DNA of 64,000 nucleotides from an uncultured Verrucomicrobiota bacterium (GTDB lineage Bacteria; Verrucomicrobiota; Verrucomicrobiia; Limisphaerales; UBA9464): NCBI GenBank assembly GCA_903916195.1, contig CAIWVP010000162.1, positions 26,159 to 90,158 of the forward strand, read 5' to 3'. Shown piece by piece: positions 58,301 to 64,000 of this stretch (position 1 is its first letter; each line of letters starts with the position of its first letter). The notes under the pieces were generated by a model. It saw only the letters and a program-made list of their open reading frames with translations, ran no database searches and was not told where the DNA came from. The position numbers and the translations under genes were made by a program.

Positions 58301-61300
58301 AATCCAACTCGCTCATCGTCTCCGGCAGCCGGTCCGACCTGCAGGACGTCGAGTCCGTCATCGAGAAGCTCGACGGCGAATCCACCGGCAAGGAACGCGT
58401 GCTCCGCATCTTCGACGTGAAGGGCGATCCCGACGCGCTCGCGGCCACGGTGCAGAAGGTCTTCGCCGCGCAGAACCCCGGCCGGAACATCGGCGGCCTG
58501 CTCAGCATCACGCCCGAGCCCGCCGGCAAGCGCCTGCTCGTGCTCGCCCCGCCCGCCACGCTCGCCCAGGTCGCCACGATGGTCACCGCGCTCGACGCGA
58601 ACCCCGACCAAGGCGTCCGCGAACTCCATCCGGTCGAGCTGAAGAACACGACCACGGCCGACCTGCTCCCGAAGGTCCGCCAGATCTACACCGAGCAGTC
58701 CCAGGGCAAGACCATCAAGCCCGCTTCCATCTACGGGGACGCCTCCGGCTCCCGCCTGCTGATCCATGGCACCGAGGAACAGGCGGCGTCCATCCGCCAG
58801 ATCGTCTCGACGATGGAGAGCCAGGCACCGTTGGCGCGGGAGACCAGGACGTTCGACCTCGGCAAGCTCTCCGAGGCGCAGCGCGTGCTGCCGCTGCTCC
58901 AGCAGTTCTACAAGGACCAGGTCGCCAGCAGCCCGCAAACCGGCATCGCCGACGCCCAGATCGTCAGCGACGGCAAGACCGGACGCCTGCTCGTCAGCGC
59001 GCGCGCCGACCATCTGAAGCTGATCGAGGACCTCGTCTCCCGCCTCCAGGTCGGCGACGCCGGGGCTTCGGCGGCCCGCGAGACCCGGACCTTCGAGGTC
59101 GGCACCGCGGCCGATGTGGCGCGCCTCCAACCGCTCGTCGCGCAGCTCTACAAGGACCAGTGGAAGGACAAGCAGGACACCGATCCGGCCGACGCCCAGA
59201 TCATCGCCGACGCCAAGACCGGCCGCCTCATCGTCACCGGCAAGCCCGAACATCTGAAGCAGATCGAGGCCATCCTCCAGCAGCTCGGCACCGGCAAGGC
59301 ACGCATCGAGAACCGCCAGACCCGCATCATCGACCTCACCACCGCCAGCGCCGTCGAGCTCGCGACCACCGTCCGCACGCTCTACGCCGAGGAGGCCAAG
59401 GGCCGTCTCGGCGGCCAGACCGCCGACACGCTCATCACGCCGGACACGGGCGGCAACCGCCTCATCCTGGTCGGCGACACCAACGAACTGACCGCCATCG
59501 AGGAGATCGTCCGCAAGCTCGACAAAGGCAGCGCCCAGAGCGCTTCCGCCCGCGTCTTCAAGATCAAGTCCGCCGACCCGGACAAGGTCGCGGAGATCCT
59601 GACCACGTCGCTCGTCCGCTACGACGCCTACGGCCGGCCGCAGAAGCGCGCCACGGTCTCCGTCGACGCCAAGACCCGGACGCTGATCGTGACCGGCGAC
59701 CCGAAGGAGCTCCAGGGCGTCTCGCTCATCATCGAGCAGCTCGACCAATCGCTCGGCGCCCAGCCCGAGCGGCGCACCAAGGTGATCACCCTCAAGCAGG
59801 GCAAAGCGGCCGCGCTCTCCTCCAAGGTCCGCCAGCTCTACGCCGACCGCATCAAGGGCCAGCCCGAGCTCGCCACCTCGGACATCCTCATCCTCGAAGA
59901 ACCCGAGAGCAACCAGCTCATCCTCGCCGGCAACGAGGCGCAGCTGAGGGTCGTCGACCAGATCGTCGACGAGATCCAGTCCGCGCAGGTCACCCGTTCC
60001 GCCCGCGAGACCAAGCTGCTCGAGGTCGGCAGCGCGGACGAGCTGGCGCGCCTGCAACCGCTGGTGCAGCAGCTCTACCAGGGCCGGATGAAGGGCCGCG
60101 ACGCCAGCGATCCCGCCGATGCGCAGATCATCACCGATGCCAAGAACGCGCGGTTCATCGTCACGGCGCGCACGAACCACATCGCCGAGATCGAGTCCAT
60201 CATCGCGCAGCTGCGCAGCGGCGACGCGGCGTTCCAGCCCCGCGACACCCGCGTGATCGACCTCGCGACCGCCAACGCCGTGGAGCTCACCACGACGGTC
60301 CGCACCCTCTACACCGAGCAGGCCAAGAACCGCCCGGGCGCGCCCGCCGCCGACACCTTGATCACCGCCGACACCAGCGGGAACCGCATCATCGTCACCG
60401 GCGCCACCAACGAGCTCGCCGTGGTCGAGGACATCATCCGCAAGCTCGACAAGGTCGGTGCCCAGAGCGCCAGCACGCGCGTCTTCAAGCTCAAGTCGGC
60501 CGATGCCGACAAGGTCGTCGAGATCCTCGCCACCGCCCTCGTCCGCTACGACGCCTACGGCCGCCCCCAGAAACGCGTCAGCGTCGTCACCGATCCCAAG
60601 ACCCGCACCATCATCGCCACCGGCGACCCGAAGGAGCTCCAGTCCGCCGCCGTCATCATCGAGCAGCTCGACTCGTCGCTCGGCACGCAGGCCGGTCGTT
60701 CGATGCGGGTGCTGACCGTGAAGAACCGCTCCGTCGGCGAGCTCGGTTCCAAGGTGCGGCAGGTCTACACCGACCGCAGCAAGAGCCAGACGGAACTCGG
60801 CGGCAGCGAGGCCCTCATCCTCGAGGATGCCGCGAGCAACCAGCTCATCGTCGCCGGCACCGAGCCCCAGCTGGTCGCCATCGAAGAGATCGCCGTGCTC
60901 CTCCAGGCCGGCGGCGGCGGCGAGAACGGCCGCGCGGTCCGCGTCGTCTCCCTCGAGCGCAGCACCGCCACGAGCCTGGTGGCGATGTTGTCCCAACTCT
61001 ACTCCAAGCAGATCGCCAGCCCGGATCCCGCGGTCCGCCTGATGGTCAGCGTCGGCGGGAACGAGCGCACGCTCGTCGTCGACGCGCCCGCCGCCACCGC
61101 CGAGAAGGTCGAGCAGCTGGTGAAGTCGATGGACCAGACCGATCCCGCCGCCCAGAACGTCATCCAGACCGTCCGCCTCACCAAGAGCCGCGCCGAGGAC
61201 CTCGCCGAGGCCGTCAACCGCACGCTCACCAACCGCATCGGTTCCGGTCCCGGCGCCGGCCGCCGCGTCGCCGTCACCGCCGTCCCGGGCGCCAACAGCC

Positions 61301-64000
61301 TCCTCATCAACGGCCCGACCAACGCGGTGCAGGACGTCCTCAAGATCGTCCACGAGCTCGACACCGACGGCAACGGCAACCCGGGCGACATCGAGGTCCG
61401 GATCTACAAGCTCGAGAACGGCGTCGCACGCGAGGTCTCGTCGGTCCTCCTGCAGCTGCTCCAGAACGTCACGCGCAACCTCCGCGGCGGATCCGCCGAC
61501 GGCGAAGGACGTCGCGGCCCGGCCGTCAGCGTGTCGATCGACGAACGTTCCAACAGCCTCATCGTCTCCGCGACGCCCGCGCACTTCCGCGTGGTCGAGA
61601 AGATCCTGCCGACGCTCGACAAGGCGCCCGAGCGGTCCGACCGCGACGTGCAGTTCGTCTGGCTCAAGAAAGCGAAGGCGCTGGACGTCTCCTCCAAGCT
61701 CGGCGCGCTGTTCGAGGACCGCCCCCGCTCCGCCCGCCCGGTGATCGAGCCCGACCTCTCCGCCAACTCGCTCACCATCATCGCCAAGCACGGCGACATG
61801 CCGCAGATCCAGGACCTCGTCTCGCGGCTCGACGAGCAGGGCAAGGATTCGGCCGTGCAGGTGCGGCTCCGCCCGCTCGAGCGCGTCGCCGCCGACCAGA
61901 TGGCGAAGATGCTCGAGACCATCTACCCGCAGGTCTCCGGCAAGACGCTCCGCGTCGCCGACAAGGTCCCGGCCGCTCCCCCGGAGAAGAAGGCCGACGA
62001 CACCACGCCCGCGGCCGCGCCCGAGGTGGTCATCGCCGTGGACAAGGCGTCGAACGCGTTGATCCTCTCCGGCCCGGCCCAGGAGCTCGACAACGTCGAG
62101 CGCCTCGTCACCGACCTGTCGATCAACGCCCACGGCGACGAATCCGAGTTCCGGCTCTTCCCCATCAAGGACGCCGATCCCGTCATCGTGGCCCGCACGC
62201 TCACCGAGCTGCTCAAGCAGGAGCCGGTCGCGGTGCCTTCCGCGTCGGGCGTCCCGATGCTCGTCGCGCCCAAGCAGCGCATCACCGTGGTCGCCGAGCC
62301 GCGCACGCGTTCCGTCATCGTCCGCGGACGGCCGACCGACTTCGCGCTGATGGAGTCGCTCATCCGCCAACTCGACAACGCCGGGCAGGTCCCCCTGCTC
62401 GGTTTCCACATCGTGCCGCTGACCAACGCGCCTCCCGAGAAGGTCCTCCCGCTCGTGCAGCAGATGGTCGCGCAGCTCGCGGCGTCGCGGCCGGGAGAAC
62501 CGGTGACCGTCGCGATGGACCAGCGCTCGCGCGGGCTCGTGGTGATTGGTCGCGACACCATGGCGGCCCAGGTCGAGAAGATGATCCGTTCGCTCGACCA
62601 GCCCACCGCCAACGTCGAGGCGGTGGTGCAGATCATCTCCCTGCGCAAGACCGCCGCCGCGCAGGTCGCGTCCGTCCTCCAAGGCATGCTCAAGCCCGGC
62701 GCCCAAGGCGAATCGACCTCCGAATCCCGCGAGCTCCAGGACCAGGTCCGCCGCCTCAAGATCCGCAACGACGCCGGCGACGAGGTGGTGCTCGACCTCT
62801 CCAAACCCGTCAAGATCGCCGCCGACCCCGCCGCCGGCGGCGGCAACCGGCTCGTCCTCACCTCGACGCCCGACAACCTCAAGGCCCTCGCCGCCCTGGT
62901 CGAGATGATGGATTCCGTGCCGGTGCTCGACGGCGTGAAGGTCCGCTTCGTGCCGCTCGAGCACGCCGACGCCGCGGCCGTCGCGCAGGCGTTGACCACC
63001 ATCTTCACCCAGGGCCGCCAGCTCGCCGCCGGCCCCGCCGGCCCGAACGCCGTCCCGGCCGACCAGGGCAAGGCGCTCGTGAGCCCCCTCAACGTCGCCG
63101 TCGATGCCCGGAGCAACACGCTCATCCTGAGCGGCCAGCCCGAGAGCCTCGAGCTCGCCCAGAAGGTCGTCGCCGACATGGACCGCGAGCAGATGAAGTT
63201 CGTGACCGATGTGAAGCTCTTCCGCCTCAAGCACGCCTCGGCCACGCGCCTCGTGCCGCTGCTCCAGTCCGCCTTCGCCGAAGGCCCGTCGGTCCCCGGC
63301 ACCGAGGGCTTGTCCACCCAGATCACCCGCCTCCGCACCCTCCAGGAAGGCCAGCGCGCCAAGCTCAACGACACGCCCAAGACCCGCGCGGCCCTGACCA
63401 TCCAGGCGGACGACCAAGCCAACATCCTCGTCGTCGCCGCCCGCAGCGACAACATGCCGCTCATCGCCGACATCATCGAGCAGCTCGACATCCCGGCCGC
63501 CTCAGGCCTGGAGACCGTGCGCATCTATCCGCTCGTCCACGCCGATGCCGCCGCGGTCCAGAAGATCCTGACCGACCTCTACACCGGACCGCGCGCGACG
63601 CCGCTCCGCAACGAGGACCGCCCGGTCATCACCGTGGACGCCCGCACCGGTTCGCTGATCGTGGCCGGCAACGGCAAGGCGTTCGGCGTGATCGAGGGGC
63701 TGCTCAAGCAGCTCGACCAGAAGCTGCCCTTCGACCTCCGCGACATCGCGCTCATCCCGCTCGAGCACGCCGACGCCAACGTCGTCGCCCCGACGCTGCA
63801 GAAGCTGATGGACGCCCGCGTCACCCAGCGCGCCACCCTCAACCAGGGCCAGGCCGACGCGCTCAAGGTCGTGATCATGACCGACCAGCGCAGCAACGCG
63901 CTGCTCGTCGGCGGCGCACGCGAGGGTTTCGAGCTGGTGCAGAACCTCGCCAAGCAGCTCGACCAGGCCGCCCCCGCGCTGAGCGGGCGCGTGCGGTTGA
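55348..64000 (+). CDS. gspD: Giant secretin-family protein (GspD-like N0 + about 35 tandem Secretin_N-like modules), 3' end beyond the window
   Basis: Frame 1 has no stop from ATG 55348 to the window end (2884 codons, translated manually). The signal peptide is MKPIRSVLFGACLLAGLTLGA. The N0 domain is at 55528-55764. Repeated modules resemble ARVFKLNLAEATMMAPIVSNAM...VAADEKSNSLIVSGSRSDLQDVESVIEKLD (58177-58374). The gene is absent from the ORF track. Confidence 0.85.
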   Translation, partial: MKPIRSVLFGACLLAGLTLGAQDAARPPATNPPAPPPPSAVKPESSKPDVIVSAKTAPARDIRFQFDGIPYSDVVERFAQMAGRPLLSDTNVVGSLTYDDPNAYTYNEALDTLNLMLAMKGVMLLEDGNNLRLVPFKQLPSMPIRIMRGTENAGDVRPGEVVTVVLDVANLEAKEVADSVLPMLSGAGSVAPLSRGRGLVVTDRLSNIQRVRTLLATIGTGQSADRQMKTYTLQHASGAIVSDLLNRTFGIATAPKRTSFNPNTKAMEVLPPDPADYVTSVYDEASRTLLLFGPQERLALAEELVNKFEQKDGSAGDVRIYYPQSMKADELANLIRQAIPGVAAANESASAAATKARVIPDLALNRVIVAAPLPGQLDQIEQLVTRVDKGVQGAVGQNGENPLVPTRSQTIQLTKIFRPRATGATNVASIVRQALTRRNSSGQVATTASVSFDAGSQSVVVTGSPADLQTATDIVSQIETGTSQPTPLQTRFIDVGSPEEAQRIQPLVDQLYRNQTADGSAGTVAHAKILADTGSGRLIVTASQDHLARIEALVKQLRADRPQGLSRHLRVVVLKNTRTETALPGIQSLVTERMADRRFSSLPKPSLVADAPNNRILVTATDEQLKEIEDAVAVVDIAPAQAERELSVIPLQVKTAPEIIPLVTQLVGQLSAPGQLAPTLMADPTGKQIIVLAVAKDLERVRTLVKQFDVTAATAAPRQFRGVEVFGRTAAEFTPLVQQLYQEQIRGQPEPAGGPATLIAETKNNRIMVSGGEKEIARVEAIIRQLDPVTAKGSKEETRVIRLKTASAAEIAGLVEKSLNAQTQQVRVLLDARSNSLVITGEHAAVEAAWQMVQQLDTRGESGPRELRVIELKSADAATVAPMVGNLFAELVKDQRGADYISATKVVADTLANRLIVTGSHAEIEQVVALVDRLDNAPQQAPGARVFKLNLAEATMMAPIVSNAMVRFDARGQAVKRVTVAADEKSNSLIVSGSRSDLQDVESVIEKLDGESTGKERVLRIFDVKGDPDALAATVQKVFAAQNPGRNIGGLLSITPEPAGKRLLVLAPPATLAQVATMVTALDANPDQGVRELHPVELKNTTTADLLPKVRQIYTEQSQGKTIKPASIYGDASGSRLLIHGTEEQAASIRQIVSTMESQAPLARETRTFDLGKLSEAQRVLPLLQQFYKDQVASSPQTGIADAQIVSDGKTGRLLVSARADHLKLIEDLVSRLQVGDAGASAARETRTFEVGTAADVARLQPLVAQLYKDQWKDKQDTDPADAQIIADAKTGRLIVTGKPEHLKQIEAILQQLGTGKARIENRQTRIIDLTTASAVELATTVRTLYAEEAKGRLGGQTADTLITPDTGGNRLILVGDTNELTAIEEIVRKLDKGSAQSASARVFKIKSADPDKVAEILTTSLVRYDAYGRPQKRATVSVDAKTRTLIVTGDPKELQGVSLIIEQLDQSLGAQPERRTKVITLKQGKAAALSSKVRQLYADRIKGQPELATSDILILEEPESNQLILAGNEAQLRVVDQIVDEIQSAQVTRSARETKLLEVGSADELARLQPLVQQLYQGRMKGRDASDPADAQIITDAKNARFIVTARTNHIAEIESIIAQLRSGDAAFQPRDTRVIDLATANAVELTTTVRTLYTEQAKNRPGAPAADTLITADTSGNRIIVTGATNELAVVEDIIRKLDKVGAQSASTRVFKLKSADADKVVEILATALVRYDAYGRPQKRVSVVTDPKTRTIIATGDPKELQSAAVIIEQLDSSLGTQAGRSMRVLTVKNRSVGELGSKVRQVYTDRSKSQTELGGSEALILEDAASNQLIVAGTEPQLVAIEEIAVLLQAGGGGENGRAVRVVSLERSTATSLVAMLSQLYSKQIASPDPAVRLMVSVGGNERTLVVDAPAATAEKVEQLVKSMDQTDPAAQNVIQTVRLTKSRAEDLAEAVNRTLTNRIGSGPGAGRRVAVTAVPGANSLLINGPTNAVQDVLKIVHELDTDGNGNPGDIEVRIYKLENGVAREVSSVLLQLLQNVTRNLRGGSADGEGRRGPAVSVSIDERSNSLIVSATPAHFRVVEKILPTLDKAPERSDRDVQFVWLKKAKALDVSSKLGALFEDRPRSARPVIEPDLSANSLTIIAKHGDMPQIQDLVSRLDEQGKDSAVQVRLRPLERVAADQMAKMLETIYPQVSGKTLRVADKVPAAPPEKKADDTTPAAAPEVVIAVDKASNALILSGPAQELDNVERLVTDLSINAHGDESEFRLFPIKDADPVIVARTLTELLKQEPVAVPSASGVPMLVAPKQRITVVAEPRTRSVIVRGRPTDFALMESLIRQLDNAGQVPLLGFHIVPLTNAPPEKVLPLVQQMVAQLAASRPGEPVTVAMDQRSRGLVVIGRDTMAAQVEKMIRSLDQPTANVEAVVQIISLRKTAAAQVASVLQGMLKPGAQGESTSESRELQDQVRRLKIRNDAGDEVVLDLSKPVKIAADPAAGGGNRLVLTSTPDNLKALAALVEMMDSVPVLDGVKVRFVPLEHADAAAVAQALTTIFTQGRQLAAGPAGPNAVPADQGKALVSPLNVAVDARSNTLILSGQPESLELAQKVVADMDREQMKFVTDVKLFRLKHASATRLVPLLQSAFAEGPSVPGTEGLSTQITRLRTLQEGQRAKLNDTPKTRAALTIQADDQANILVVAARSDNMPLIADIIEQLDIPAASGLETVRIYPLVHADAAAVQKILTDLYTGPRATPLRNEDRPVITVDARTGSLIVAGNGKAFGVIEGLLKQLDQKLPFDLRDIALIPLEHADANVVAPTLQKLMDARVTQRATLNQGQADALKVVIMTDQRSNALLVGGAREGFELVQNLAKQLDQAAPALSGRVRL
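59074..60927 (+). repeat. Two tandem 927-bp (309-codon) four-module cassettes inside the secretin gene
   Basis: Landmarks are offset by exactly 927 bp: GCCCGCGAGACC at 59074/60001 and GTCCGCTACGACGCCTACGGCCG at 59614/60541. Shadow ORFs 59148/60075, 59382/60309 and 59628/60555 show the same offset. Confidence 0.85.

Noticed and set aside
59074-60927. Periodic repeats considered as a CRISPR array or mobile-element remnants
   Set aside because: The period is 927 bp, the copies are diverged, and they lie in-frame within one continuous coding sequence. There are no short identical repeats with unique spacers, no terminal inverted repeats and no transposase.
55237-63417. 2726-aa minus-strand ORF, the longest ORF in the supplied track
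   Set aside because: It is an antisense shadow of the plus-strand secretin gene. Its translation is monotonous (G/A/R/L/D/E/V-rich ...GRAGLGRVVELGALAFLEGAEAGDLGG...) with no recognisable domain. The plus frame has a signal peptide, an N0 domain, about 35 Secretin_N-like modules, an ATGA overlap with the upstream gene and T2SS operon context.
1-64000. tRNA, rRNA, tmRNA, RNase P or SRP RNA genes, and transposase, integrase or phage genes
   Set aside because: I read all intergenic spacers looking for T-arm-like GGTTCGAATCC motifs, conserved RNase P or SRP cores, and IS-type inverted repeats. I found nothing convincing. A covariance-model scan (tRNAscan-SE or Infernal) would be the decisive check.

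Overview
This is a GC-rich bacterial chromosomal segment. Most long ORFs in the supplied track are antisense or off-frame shadows of the real genes. Gene content points to a PVC-superphylum, Verrucomicrobiota-like genome (inference): a Pirellula/Verrucomicrobium-type CxxCH heme-binding 'membrane-bound dehydrogenase' protein, a bacterial CE15 esterase, GH32, and secreted proteins ending in W...F[FY]R[VI] modules. Positions 1-45 kb hold ordinary genes:
- ppx tail, yajQ, glycerate kinase and a DMGDH-like flavoenzyme
- a MacAB-type ABC efflux set
- a 1170-aa S8 protease
- miaE and apbC/mrp
- gltA-sucC-sucD, yggT/yggU, rlmN, glgP and a solitary trpA
- a receiver-PAS-PP2C regulator
- a small CAZyme cluster (SGNH, CE15, GH32, esterase)
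- a beta-CASP hydrolase and DUF4337

Positions 45-64 kb hold a type II secretion-like locus. gspE-gspF on the minus strand diverge from gspG-H-I-J-K, a PilM/PilN-type fusion and a PilO/PilP-like gene. The locus ends in a giant secretin-family gene that starts at 55348 and is still open at the window end (at least 2884 codons). This gene is an N0 domain followed by about 35 tandem Secretin_N-like modules, including a 927-bp four-module cassette duplication. It is missing from the ORF track because it has no stop in the window. The track shows a 2726-aa antisense shadow ORF in its place. Smaller signals:
- three 7-8-bp tandem repeat arrays, one inside rlmN
- an unannotated 46-codon ORF between sucC and sucD
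- a small ORF plus intrinsic terminator in the mrp/gltA divergent region
- a DUF455::ATP-grasp fusion
- several palindromic or hairpin-rich spacers

I found no rRNA, tRNA, CRISPR array or mobile element. All calls come from manual reading and translation; no database search was run.
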